Shown here: in pieces, positions 50,240 through 63,320 of the stretch | Position numbering within the stretch: the first letter of the stretch is position 1 | How the letters are laid out: every line of letters begins with the position of its first letter | Assembly: GCA_040954595.2 (NCBI GenBank) | Contig: JBECUI020000024.1 | Coordinates: forward strand, 496,001 to 560,000 | DNA from: Balanoglossus misakiensis | Taxonomy: Eukaryota; Animalia; Hemichordata | DNA: 64,000 bases | Reading direction: 5' to 3' | The notes under the pieces: model-generated | Seen by the model: only the letters and a program-made list of their open reading frames with translations | The model's database searches: none | What the model was told of the DNA's origin: nothing | Made by a program: the position numbers and the translations under genes

Positions 50240-52645
50240 GCCGTTAAACCTGAAAAATAGATTGAGAGTGGATATTGTTTTACACAATTTTTGAACATTG
50301 AAGTAAAGTATTAGAATGATGGAGTCCGATAAAAAAGTGAGTTGGTGATTGCGGCATCCGACTTCGTTATTAAAAATGGAAAGATTTGCGATTTGAGATT
50401 CGGTTACCATTTGCAAGTTTGAAAGGAAATATTTCATTGAAGCACAGTGGCAACTACTGGGTTATGGAGAATTTTTGAAATGTTGATGAACGGAGACTTA
50501 TTAGAATCAATGAAAACCTACCTTTAACGGTGTTACGGTTACTAAACGTGAGAGACCGCTTGTCTCGTTCATCCGATTCTGAGCTCCTAGCTCTTGTGGA
50601 GACATGCGGAGGTACAGCGGGTTAACGGTTAGAAAGTGTTGATGAAAGAAATAAGTTTATAGGCCAATCAGGAGTTAGATTCGAATGTCCGAAAATGAGC
50701 TCGAGAAACCGTAGGCGAACGCAACAGACAGCAATTTAAATTTGCATAACTAGAGGTTTGGGTGGAAAGATTTCAGAATTTAACGCACATATACAGATAT
50801 TTTGTAGTGGAAATTTGAGTATATTATAAATAGTACATGTAATAAGACTGTGAATTGATTTTATTTACTGACAATTAAATGAAGTTACCCTTTGAGTATG
50901 GGTGTTTATCGAGGGGGGGGGGGGTCCAAAAAAATGTTAGAAACTGTTGAAGATGAAACCGGAAAGATGTAGCAAATTCGTTAGTTTTCCCTTTTTTGGA
51001 AATTATGCTCGAAGCGTGTGATTGGTCAATTAGTCAGAAGGGGATTGGTTGGAAATAGTCGAATATGATTGGGCAATAAGTTCGAAGCTGAAATCCCTCA
51101 GGCTGTATAAATACGGTGTTTGTGGCGTGTACTAATGGAGTATGGCTGGGGTGTGTTGTGTCGAGCAGTCTAGTATATCATTTGTGGGGCATTGAATATT
51201 TAGAACAAAGTTCTCTATGTCGGACTTCCTAACATATACTCGATCGTTGATAACAAAACGAGCAGATATTTTTGTGCAAATAGTGTGCGCAAAACAACAA
51301 CTAAACATGAAGACAACAAGATAGTACTGCGTGCGGTGCGACTCGGTTGTAAGCGTCAAGTCAAAAACTGCAAAGACATGCAACAGGTGTAAATATAGTC
51401 GACTGAAATGCTGAAAAACCATGAATATCGATTGGCTCAAAGTGATGGGAATCGGCTCAACTTACCGGAGGGAATTGGTACATTATATAACGAGTAAACT
51501 AGAACGAAAGAAATCCCAGCGTGAACACTGGAAATTGTTCATAAATTAATATTTATACATGTATGTGTATATTGCGTAACCTTCGAAAATTCGAATATCA
51601 TTAGCACTTGGCCTAAAAAGTTGTGCATTGCGAGTGGGACACTGGGCAATTATTTTTATGGGCCGCCATCGCTATGCAGTTTAGATGTAGTATTTTACTC
51701 AACTTTTACCGGCAAGTGAGTGATTTGCTTTCAGAAGGTAATGAGACGGAAATAAACTTATGCAATCAGAGTTAATTATTCGTGAGAATACAAACTTTTG
51801 TACTAGATTTATTGTAATTTTTCAGTGTATACTCCTGGCCTTCGCAGGACTTTCATTTTTTACCCGGTTTGTGTGTTTTCGGGTTACCCATGGGCACTCT
51901 CTACCTGTTTTAAAACTCTGAACAAGTCGATGTCACGTGTATCATTTTATGTACGACGTACATCATTATAATAATGCTATAGTGAAGTTTTTAAAAAGGA
52001 AATATTTTTTTAGTGTTATTCTCTTCGTTTTTTTATGACTGAAATATGCTTGTGCTTGATGGAAAAACCGGATTCAACCTTAGCTTAATATATGCATTAT
52101 CGTTCGCAACTGACGTCATATAATGTAGCAATTTCCCTCCGGTTAAATTGAACCAATCGGCATTCCCGTTTTTCCACCATTTCACTCGAATATCTAACTC
52201 CAGGATCCTGATTGGCCTATGTAATTAATCATTCCTTTCATCAACACTTCCTAACCGTTAACCCGCTGTACCTCCGCATGTCTCCACAAGAGCTAGGAGC
52301 TCAGAATCGGTCGGACGCAGACCAGCGGTCTGTCAGGTGTAGTAACCCTAACACCGTTAAAGGTAGGTTTTCATTTATTCTATTATAAGTCTCCGTTCAT
52401 CAACATTTCAAAGATTCTCAATAATGCAGTAGTTGCCACTGTACTTCAATGAAATATTTCCTTTCAAACTTGCAAATACTACTTGAACCGAATCGCAAAC
52501 CTTTCCATTTTTAATAACGAAGTCGGATGCCGAAATTACCAACTCACTTTTTTTATCGGATTCCATCATTCTAATACTTTACTTCAATGTTCAAAAATTG
52601 TGTAAAAGAATATCCACTTTCAATCTATATTTCAGGTTTAACGGC
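50240..52645. repeat. About 445-bp inverted repeat (50240-50690 / 52190-52645) comprising CCAAT promoter, untranslated exon and first intron
   Basis: Long reverse-complement match. Both copies keep the donor AAAG|GTAGGT (50521 minus, 52363 plus) and the acceptor TTCAG|GTTTAACGGC (50250 minus, 52635 plus). Confidence 0.92.
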
Positions 52646-52924
52646 TATTTGTGCAACATTTGACAGTACTCACATCATGGACTTTTCCTACAACGCACAC
52701 CCTCTTCTTCTGTGGAGATATCTCGACTTCTGATATCATTATTTGTGGCGGATGATACAATTCTGTTACAAATTTTTCAGGTATATCCATCGCTTTTCGC
52801 CCGCAAGGTATGATCTGGAAAAAAGTTTGGCGTAGTCTGTAAGTTGTGTGACTGAATCCGTAAAGGTGGCATTTGGAGGAAAAATTTTGAGCATTTTTAT
52901 CAGTAATCTAGTTTGTTTAAAATA

Positions 52925-54020
52925 TTGGAACGCGATCAAAAATAAATGCGACTTGTAAACGAGTGCCGCGTTTGAATCGGTATTGACGATAAACATCGGT
53001 AATCGGCGATGAAATCAATGGATTTTCAATGTACGTGATCGCATGGAGGCTGCCATATTGGATTACATCCGAAGACCTTCCGATAAGTTTCGGGGTGCGA
53101 TTATAACATACCTTTGCTCTTTCATAGAGGCAAATGGTATTATATCTTCCAGTGGAAAAGTTGCGGAGCTGTATGTATTCTCTCTTCTGTTATCTGTTCA
53201 GCTATTTCGGATTTTCTTTCCAGAATTTAAGTTCCAGAACGTTGCCATCCTGCTGCATACAAGGCACGCTAAACAGTTTGCCGTTGGCTGAATTCCGGAT
53301 CTAGACTGTATCCTCAATGAGGCACAATTTCACTGCCACTCCTTGGCTGCATGGTTGCAGATGATGGAGCTAAGGTACGTAACAATCGCACCCCGAAACG
53401 CCTGGGCCCTTTTTTGTGTGTAGTCATTGTGGGTATGTTAACCTCCCATGTCCTACATTTTTAGAAATTTAGTATACAAAATTGGATGACCGATTATGTT
53501 TTAGAGACCTTTCCCGAATCCACCTGAAGCCCAGTCGGAATGTCTTGGGATGTAACCTAAATTCAATATGGCCGCCTCCATGCGTTCACTTGCATTAAAA
53601 AAAAAACGTTGATTTTATCTCCGAGTGGCGGTGTTTATCGTCAGTACCAATTGAAACGCGGCACTCGCTTACAGGTCGCATTTTTATTTTTGAGCGCGTT
53701 CTAATATTCTAGAAAGAAAAAAATGATAGTTTCGAGTACGGATTACATGTATTTTAAAACGAGGTTTGGTCACAATGGTATCACTACTAAATGACTTACA
53801 ATCGATGTTTTTAATTGTCTTTGCACCACAGTATGAATCATGTGATGGTAAATCGCATTCAACTTAGAAGGCGTGGAGTAAGTGCAACTGATGGTAACTG
53901 GGATACCAAACTGAAACTTTTGGGAGAGAAAACCTTGCCATGCATGGACGTGGTTGGCACAGTTAAACTTGGGTTAAATACTACAGCGACAACTGAAGTC
54001 CCGGTGAGATATTATAAAAT
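52925..54020. pseudogene. Scrambled paralogous fragments of the OB-fold gene in both orientations
   Basis: 53018-53350 is a same-strand copy of 49737-49800 plus 49945-50200. 53360-53600 is the reverse complement of 49740-49980. 53832-54010 is a plus-strand decayed copy of exon 49343-49549 (GEKTLPCMDVVGTVKLGLNTTATTEV). Confidence 0.8.
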
Positions 54021-55599
54021 ACTCTTACATCATAAAATTGAAATCCTACATGTCAATAATTTCATATTTTCACTAATGTTTAGCAAAAAACAACTGCTCT
54101 CAACAAACCTTACCCCTCCCCCTCTTGTATTGTCAGTGCTTTGTAATCTATCAGTAACAATCCATTTTTTTCTCTCAAGGTGTTAAAACAACCTATAGCT
54201 ACTGGTGATGACATGATACCGTCCATGGGGTGTTGGAGGTAATACACTTTGTAAGTATTAACCAGTCAGGACGTAAGTGGGGTAATTACGGCGGTGAGAT
54301 CAAAGAGATCTATTTGAATGTGAAAGTCGCTGAGTGGCAGTTACGGCCAGTTCGAAAAATTTTCAAACGGAGATTTTCGGTACTACAACTGATCGTAGTG
54401 CACCCATTTTTCTAAGACGTGTATGAAACACCATAGTCAATGATAGGATGATTTTTCGTGAAGTTTTAACGACGCTTTCCCGAGAAAGACAGTTTCGGTA
54501 TGTTGGTTTAAATTGTGGTCCTTGACTCTCGGCAAAGATTTCTTGTCTTGAAAAAAATTGGGTAGGTTAGGAAGATATTGAACTAAGTTACCGTGAAATT
54601 ATAATAGTGTGAGCCGCTCCGTTGTGGAGTAATGACGGTGTAAAAATTGCCTTCGCCATCGACGAGTACAGCCGTGTTTGCCATATGTGTATGCATTGAA
54701 GTAGGTCAACGCATGTTAACCCATGACGTAATGGCTTCCTTTTCAACGTGTCGTTATCTCTCATTAGCATATTACATACGGAGTCTATACACTATTCACG
54801 CTGACTGACTTCTCAGGACTGACCTATGGCACAGTAAATTGTGGTCCTTGACTCTCGGCATGGATATATTCATGTCAAAATTATGAATAGAGGAGTTTAA
54901 TAATGTTTCTAAAACCTGAGGGGGTTAATTTTTGTGTGGGTATGGCTGATATTTTTTTTTTTTGTAACTTCAAGGTCACTTTGAATTTCGAGATCACAAT
55001 TTTGTCAGTGGAAGTAAAGAAATTCTTCTCGATAAAACTTCATGAAAAATCACATGTAGTACACTCATAGTACCAGTAATGTGCCTGGGGTGAAATAATT
55101 GTCAGAAATGGGTTGCTAGTTGCTTAACTTTCGTTGTGAAAAAAGTTGAAAAACTGTATGCAAATGAGCAATTCAAACTTTACTGGCCAGTTCAATTGTT
55201 TGCATTGCATGATCCCCTGCTGTTTAATTATCCCACTTACGTCCTGACTGTAACTGCAGTAGTTGCTTACATCAGACTCCCACTATCTGCATGCAAGTTG
55301 TGGATGGATTTGCAGAGAGAGAGGCTAGTACACGGCACTCATGTGGACCTGCACTACCACATTTCTATTCAACATCAGGTCTCTGAGTAAAAAGATGGCC
55401 ATGTAAATTTTCTCTAAGTTTGTTAGAGAAATAAAGTACAACTTTAGTGTTTCACTAATTGAGTTTCAGTGTTCTTGTATTGTCTCGTTTGCCCCATGCC
55501 AACCTCAAAGTAAACGTCAAATTTGCCATTTTTGACTTATTTGTCCTTGTAGTGGGCCACATAGCATTTTAGTGCAACTTATGAAAATCTGAAGAACCA

Positions 55600-58500
55600 A
55601 ATGCCTAATTTACCCACTCTGCACAGATTTATTTCAATGGTACAGACTTGATGATCAGTATAGCGCCCTCTGTGGTAGTATTTGGGGGGGGTAACCTAGC
55701 CTTTGTATGTTTATCCCTGTCCGGTTCCATTCCACTTGTATCTATGGTAACCTAATTATCAGCAGTAAAGGCCACAGCTTTGAAACAGTTTTAATATCAA
55801 GCACTCTGAATTACACGGCCATTCTCATTGGTGCATATAGTGTAGTCACGTTGTATTTTACTGCAACTGGTGAAAGTCTCCTAAAAAACCAAATGTGTCT
55901 TTACCCACTGTGCACAGAGTATTTGAATGATACTCAGTTGATGGTCATATAGTATAGCGCCCTCTGTGGTAGTATTTTGATTATGGAGGTGGGGTTAAAT
56001 CTTGTCTTTGCATATGTTTATCCCTGTCATGTTGCATTGGGCTTGTATCTATGGTAACCTAATTATCAGCAGTAAAGGCCACAACTATGAAACAGTTTTA
56101 ATATCAAGCACTCTCTGAATTACATGGCCATTCTCATTGGTGTATATAGTGTAGTCACGTTGTATTTTACTACAACTGATGAAAGTCTCCTAAAAAACCA
56201 AATGTGTCTTTACCCACTGTGCACAGAGTATTTGAATGATACTCAGTTGATGGTCATATAGTATAGCGCCCTCTGTGGTAGTATTTTGATTATGGAGGTG
56301 GGGTTAAATCTTGTCTTTGCATATGTTTATCCCTGTCATGTTGCATTGGGCTTGTATCTATGGTAACCTAATTATCAGCAGTAAAGGCCACAACTATGAA
56401 ACAGTTTTAATATCAAGCACTCTCTGAATTACATGGCCATTCTCATTGGTGTATATAGTGTAGTCACGTTGTATTTTACTACAACTGATGAAAGTCTCCT
56501 AAAAAACCAAATGTGTCTTTACCCACTGTGCACAGAGTATTTGAATGATACTCAGTTGATGGTCATATAGTATAGCGCCCTCTGTGGTAGTATTTTGATT
56601 ATGGAGGTGGGGTTTAATCTTGTCTTTGCATATGTTTATCCCTGTCATGTTGCATTGGGCTTGTATCTATGGTAACCTAATTATCAGCAGTAAAGGCCAC
56701 AACTATGAAACAGTTTTAATATCAAGCACTCTCTGAATTACATGGCCATTCTCATTGGTGTATATAGTGTAGTCACGTTGTATTTTACTGCAACTGATGA
56801 AAGTCTCCTAAAAAACCAAATGTGTCTTTACCCACTGTGCACAGAGTATTTGAATGAGTAGTATTTGAATGATACTCAGTTGATGGTCATATAGTATAGC
56901 GCCCTCTGTGGTAGTATTTTGATTATGGAGGTGGGGTTAAATCTTGTCTTTGCATATGTTTATCCCTGTCATGTTGCATTGGGCTTGTATCTATGGTAAC
57001 CTAATTATCAGCAGTAAAGGCCACAACTATGAAACAGTTTTAATATCAAGCACTCTCTGAATTACATGGCCATTCTCATTGGTGTATATAGTGTAGTCAC
57101 GTTGTATTTTACTACAACTGATGAAAGTCTCCTAAAAAACCAAATGTGTCTTTACCCACTGTGCACAGAGTATTTGAATGATACTCAGTTGATGGTCATA
57201 TAGTATAGCGCCCTCTGTGGTAGTATTTTGATTATGGAGGTGGGGTTTAATCTTGTCTTTGCATATGTTTATCCCTGTCATGTTGCATTGGGCTTGTATC
57301 TATGGTAACCTAATTATCAGCAGTAAAGGCCACAACTATGAAACAGTTTTAATATCAAGCACTCTCTGAATTACATGGCCATTCTCATTGGTGTATATAG
57401 TGTAGTCACGTTGTATTTTACTGCAACTGATGAAAGTCTCCTAAAAAAAACAAATAAGTCTTTACCCACTGTGCACAGAGTATTTGAATGATACTCAGTT
57501 GATGGTCATATAGTATAGCGCCCTCTGTGGTAGTATTTTGATTATGGAGGTGGGGTTTAATCTTGTCTTTGCATATGTTTATCCCTGTCATGTTGCATTG
57601 GGCTTGTATCTATGGTAACCTAATTATCAGCAGTAAAGGCCACAACTATGAAACAGTTTTAATATCAAGCACTCTCTGAATTACATGGCCATTCTCATTG
57701 GTGTATATAGTGTAGTCACGTTGTATTTTACTACAACTGATGAAAGTCTCCTAAAAAACCAAATGTGTGTTTACCCACTGTGCACAGAGTATTTGAATGA
57801 TACTCAGTTGATGGTCATATAGTATAGCACCCTCTGTGGTAGTATTTTGGTCTCTCAGATACTGTTCTCATGTGGTTTAAGTCATACCTTTCCAATCGTA
57901 GTCAGTGTGTACTTGTAAATTCCACCCAATCACCTTTCTATCGGCTCGACACTGGGGTACCATAGGGATCAGTTCTTGGTCCCATACTTTTCAATATGTA
58001 CCCGTCTCCATTTGGTGAATTAGTTCAAAGTCATGGTTGTCTTTATAGTTTTTATGCAGATGACTCTTCACTTTATATGTCTTTTAGTAAAGACAACGCA
58101 GCAAGAACTGTTTCAAATCTTGAACTTTGTATATCCGATGTTAGGTTTTGGATGTCTGAAAACTTCTTGTGCTTATACGACGATAAGACTGAATTTGTTA
58201 TTTTCTTTGGTATTTCAGGTGATCTGTCTGCTAGAGGGATTTCAGAAATTCGTGTTGGCGATTCTCTGATTCCTGTCCATTGTCAGGCTAAGAGCCTTGG
58301 TGTGATCCTTGACTCTTGTCTGACAATGAAGCCACATATTGGACAGATCTGCCGCTCTGCCACTTTTCATTTACGTCGCATTGCGCTTATCCGCAAATAT
58401 TTATCTCATTCTGCTACAGAGCAATTAGTTCATGCATTCATTACTTCTCGAATTGATTCATGTAATTCACTTTTATTTGGGCTCCCGAAGTATTCAATCA

Positions 58501-59720
58501 ACCGTATCCAACGCGTTCAGAATATTGCTGCTAGAATTGTTACTCATTCAAAAATCACCTGTCACATCACTCCAATTTTGTATCAGTTGCACTGGCTACC
58601 TGTTACACAGCGTATTGTTTTTAAGATGTTAGTTCTCATTTTTAAATCCATTCATAAACTTGGTCCAATCTATCTTTCTAGCATGACTAATCTATATGTT
58701 CCGTGTCGCAATTTAAGGTCAGCTGATCAGTTCAAACTCTGCCTTGTTCGATCACGCACTAAGAGTTATGGTGATCGTGCTTTTACTGTTGCTGCTCCAA
58801 TTCTTTGGAATAATCTTCCACTCACCATTCGCCAGGCACCAGACTTATCTGTTTTTAAATCAAATGTTAAAACTTTACTTTTTAAATCTGTTTTTTAGCC
58901 ATTTGTTGTATTGTACTTTTGCTTTAAGCGTCATTGATCACATTTTTGTGGATACTGACACTATACAAATAAATTATTATTATTATTATTATTTTGATTA
59001 CAGAGGTGGGGTTTAATCTTGCCTTTGCATATGTTTATCCCTGTCCTGTTGCAGTGGGCTTGTATCTATGGTAACCTAATTATCAGCAGTAAAGGCCACA
59101 ACTATGAAACAGTTTTAATATCAAGCACTCTCTGAATTACACGGCCATTCTCATTGGTGTATATAGTGTAGTCACGTTGTATTTTACTGCAACTGATGAA
59201 AGTCTCCTAAAAAAACAAATGTGTCTTTACCCACTGTGCACAGAGTATTTGAATGATACTCAGTTGATGGTCATATAGTATAGCGCCCTCTGCTGTAGTA
59301 TTTTGATTATGGAGGTGGGGTTTAATCTTGTCTTTGCATATGTTTATCCCTGTCCTGTTGCATTGGGCTTGTATCTATGGTAACCTAATTATCAGCAGTA
59401 AAGGCCACAACTATGATACAGTTTTAATATCAAGCACTCTCTGAATTACATGGCCATTCTCATTGGTGTATATAGTGTAGTCACGTTGTATTTTACTGCA
59501 ACTGATGAAAGTCTCCTAAAAAAAAACAAATGTGTATTTACCCACTGTGCACAGAGTTTTTGAATGATACTCAGTTGATGGTCATATAGTATAGCACCCT
59601 CTGTGGTAGTATTTGGATTATAGGGGAAGGGGTAACCTACCTTTTCTATACATGTATATGGTTATCCCTCTTCTATTGCATTCCGCTTGTATCTATGGAA
59701 ACCTAATTATCAGCAGTGAA
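55600..59720. repeat. 309-bp tandem satellite (about 10 units) interrupted by a LINE
   Basis: AGTATAGCGCCCTCTGTGG at 55951, 56260, 56569, 56893 (15-bp duplication), 57202, 57512 and 57821. The array resumes in phase after 58996; terminal units are diverged. Confidence 0.96.
57850..58989 (+). mobile_element. 5'-truncated CR1/L2-clade LINE with (ATT)n tail and TATTTTG TSD
   Basis: RT remnant (WFKSYLSNRSQ...GVP*GSVLGP, FYADD, DDKTE, KSLGVILD, LHWLPV, GDRAF...PILWNNLP); ORF 57996-58898; TSD at 57843-57849 and 58990-58996. Confidence 0.95.
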
Positions 59721-59886
59721 TGCCAAATTGTAAAACAGCAACATATTTATTATCAAACACTGTATGGAATTGAATATACACAATATGTTTTGTATGTTTG
59801 CTGGCTACATACATACATGCATAAATACGTACATACATATATTACACTCATACTCAAACACACAGCTAATGGACTCTTTTTTTCAT

Positions 59887-59960
59887 CATCCCCACCAGGA
59901 ATCGAACCTGGATCTCTTATCACAAAGTGACAAGTGTGTTAACCATTACACCATGAGGAT
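59887..59960 (-). tRNA. tRNA-Gln(TTG)-like cloverleaf with atypical anticodon arm (SINE head or tRNA-like gene), copy 1
   Basis: ATCCTCA TG GTGT AATGGTTA ACAC A CTTGTCA CTTTG TGATAAG AGAT CCAGG TTCGATT CCTGG TGGGGAT G; A box TGGTGTAATGG, B box GGTTCGATTCC. Confidence 0.6.
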
Positions 59961-62409
59961 TTTTTATCTCCACTAACTGCCAACACACTGTCCAATTGCA
60001 CATTCACTCACTGACATATTCAACTAACACACCAGTTTCTTTATTTCAAAAAGTACACAGTAAAACATCACAAATGACAAGACAGGGGTATCAGGAATCA
60101 CACAAATCATACTCAATGTTTTACTGAAGCCATTGCTGTAAGATTGCTGTAAGTAATGGCACTATTCAATGGTGTTAACACCACATAGCACAATGATGTA
60201 CTGCACACATTCAAGTCACATACCTTTTTGAAGTATTAATAAACACTGATTCTATGAACTGTTAAAATTATTTTTTCTTACATCATCCCTGAATACCAAA
60301 TTTCAAACAAATTAGGCTAGTGCTTTCACATGTTAACACACAATGCATGGCACTGGACAATCATCCTATCCGATCTGAAACCTCAGTGTCACTAACCACA
60401 AAACTAAACACGTTATCTACAAATGATTTACGAAACTAATTCGTACACGACACAATACACATTTGAGTGTGTTGATCTCTTAGTTTGTACATGATACTTT
60501 GCACTGATGTACACCAACACTCACCTTGAGAACTCTTTGGTAGCCAAAACTGTCAAGAAAATAAACAAAACTTTTAAATTAAATCATTAAGTATAATTGT
60601 GTATTTAAACAAGTACATCAAGATATACACTTGCCTGCATAACACACACCTCTCAATAGCCATAATGTATCAATGTCGAGATGACATCACTCCAAGTACA
60701 AGATAGCGAATGATGATTTTTTTACAATAACCCCACTACTTAAACAGGACAACAAATTACAATGAATTCACTATCAACCTTGTGATATTCAGAAAATCAA
60801 TTCTTGGTCACATAAATTGTCCTGTCCACAAAATGGTTTCATGGCATCAAAATATGTTAACAAGTCAACTCTACTTTTCATGCTCCAACCAGATTTCATT
60901 GTCTATGTTTTTAACATGCCTGTCACGACTATAGAAAGCATACACACTAAACAGAGTGGTCACCAGCATAATTTGGCCAATTCTATGCTTGTCCTCACAT
61001 TCTTACGAACAATTCAAATGTCAAACTATCTAGCAATGTTTCTGTTATGTACTCACACAGATTGTTCCATATTTGAAGCAAATAATTATCAAAAACAAAT
61101 TGATTACCCTGATATAAATTCCAATGAAAACCTTAAGGCTTTTGGTCATGTAAACATACAATATTAACAGAAAAAATAATGGAAAATACAATCCATTTTT
61201 ACTACTGTTTATTTTTTGACAAATACATATAAGAGACATGGAAACTATTGAAGTACACATCCCAAAATAATATCCTACCACTGCTTGTACGTTTCATACA
61301 CACGATACAAGACCGATCGCCCGAATTCAGCAGATTCGCTTGCCTAAAACCGTTTCTAAATAATCATATGTACCTGTATACACTCCAAAAATAAGCATAA
61401 TTTCAACTTGTATGGAATGAAATAGAAACTCCGATGTACCCAGCCTCTGATGTTTCTATTCCTTCAAGCAAACTTCACCATCTTAACATATATACAATTT
61501 GCCAAAACATGCATACAAACGACACCCTTTCAGTATATAACGACAACCGCCATATTGGATGTCGCTCGACACGAAAATAAAAAAGCCTGACAAAACTGCC
61601 ATCGCCTCATACACAATTAAAATCACACTACCATTGGATAAAACACAACTACATAACCAATACCATCAACTCTTACACGTTCAAACCACCGATTCTGTCA
61701 TTTATACTCATTTAAAAATAACCACGAGAATATACACATATCCCACTAACCTATATTCAGCTGCTGAACAACAAGAGCACTTGATTCGTTTTCGGATGTG
61801 ACTACGTGCAACAACATACGCATCACCATCACATTCGCGTTGGGATTCAAGACAGTTTCAATATCTCAAGAAGCAATACAACGAGAAGACCTTCTCGGGA
61901 TGTTATGCACATCCTGTTGGATATCGCCGCCAAATGTCCACAGATGATAAAACATGATACCAGAATGTTGTATTGGGGACAACCATCAAATGCTCCCGTG
62001 CCAGCGCCCTCTATATTCTGGAAACCCTGGTATATCTCAAGAAACATTACCATTTTTAATTATTTTTAAAAGCAAAAGTAAGTTGTCATTTTATTTGTAC
62101 AATTATTTCTCTATATTAAACAAGTATACATAAACACTAAAACATGTTTTGCCATGTTAACATAAATTTATGACCATTTTAAAATACTATATAGCTTATA
62201 TTTATTAAAGTACAAATTCAGATGTTTTTCATTTTTAACCATTTCCACAATCAAAATGAAAAAAAAATCGCATTAATAGTAGATTGGGTTATATTGGATA
62301 TCATTATGTAAAACTGAAGAGTCACTATGGCATGGAAACTACTGAGATATGTGGTAGAAAACCAAAATGCCCAACAAATATACACAGTGTGTGTTGTGTG
62401 TTAGATAGG

Positions 62410-62697
62410 TACATACATACATACATACATACATACATACATACATACATACATACATACATACATACATACATACATACATACATACATACATACATAC
62501 ATACATACATACATACATACATACATACATACATACATACATACATACATACATACATGCATGCATGCATGCATGCATGCATGCATGCATGCATGCATGC
62601 ATGCATGCATGCATACATACATACATACATACATACATACATACATACATACATACATACGTACATACATACATACATACGTACATACATACATACA
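62410..62697. repeat. Compound (TACA)n-(TGCA)n-(TACA)n microsatellite
   Basis: Directly visible; it explains the YIHT/MYVC ORFs in the track. Confidence 0.98.
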
Positions 62698-62731
62698 TGG
62701 AAAACACACAGCAAATGGACTCCTTTTTTAT

Positions 62732-62805
62732 CATCCTCACCAGGAATCGAACCAGGATCTCTTATCACAAAGTGACAAGTGTGTTAACCATTACACCATG
62801 AGGAT
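62732..62805 (-). tRNA. tRNA-Gln-like cloverleaf, copy 2
   Basis: Same as copy 1 but with a perfect ATCCTCA/TGAGGAT acceptor stem and one T-stem mismatch. Confidence 0.55.
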
Positions 62806-63017
62806 TGTTTTATCTCCACTAACTGCCAACACACTGTCCAATTGCACATTCACTCACTGACATATTCAACACACCAGTTTTTTTATTTCAATAAAAATTC
62901 ATAAATGCATGTGAGAAATAACAGAGAGTCAGAAATTGGCATCCACAGGAGTTACTGCATTGCTATATGGTATTATAGAGCAGCCAATGCAGTCTAACAC
63001 TTTTATTAGCTTATTAA

Positions 63018-63320
63018 AGGCAGAAAGTCTCTTTGCTGCCCTTTTTTAATAATTATGTGTGATACAAGAGACTGTTAATGTGGATATATAGTGAATCAAC
63101 GTTCGACCACACACAGCTTCCATCCCGTTTGTAGGATATGACAGTAAAAACTCGCCCAAAATGAATAAATGGTAAAGACCAATTATTCATTTTGGCAAGA
63201 TTTTTCACTCTCGTGTCTACAAGCAGTGTGTGTTGTTGAATGTTGATTCACTATATATCCACATGTACATTAACATAAATGGTGTCTTGCATCAAACATA
63301 ATTAATGGAAAAGGGTCCCT
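63018..63320. mobile_element. Kolobok-like fold-back MITE (TTAA TSD, AG...CT termini)
   Basis: TTAA-AGG ... CCT-TTAA; internal inverted blocks ATGTGGATATATAGTGAATCAAC / GTTGATTCACTATATATCCACAT. A fragment of the same family lies at about 2950-3005. Confidence 0.7.

Noticed and set aside
54509-54861. 26-bp direct repeat TAAATTGTGGTCCTTGACTCTCGGCA about 325 bp apart
   Set aside because: Only two copies with no TIRs or coding signal between them; insufficient to call an element.
62284-62860. YIHT/MHAC/MYVC repeat ORFs
   Set aside because: Translations of the tetranucleotide microsatellite.
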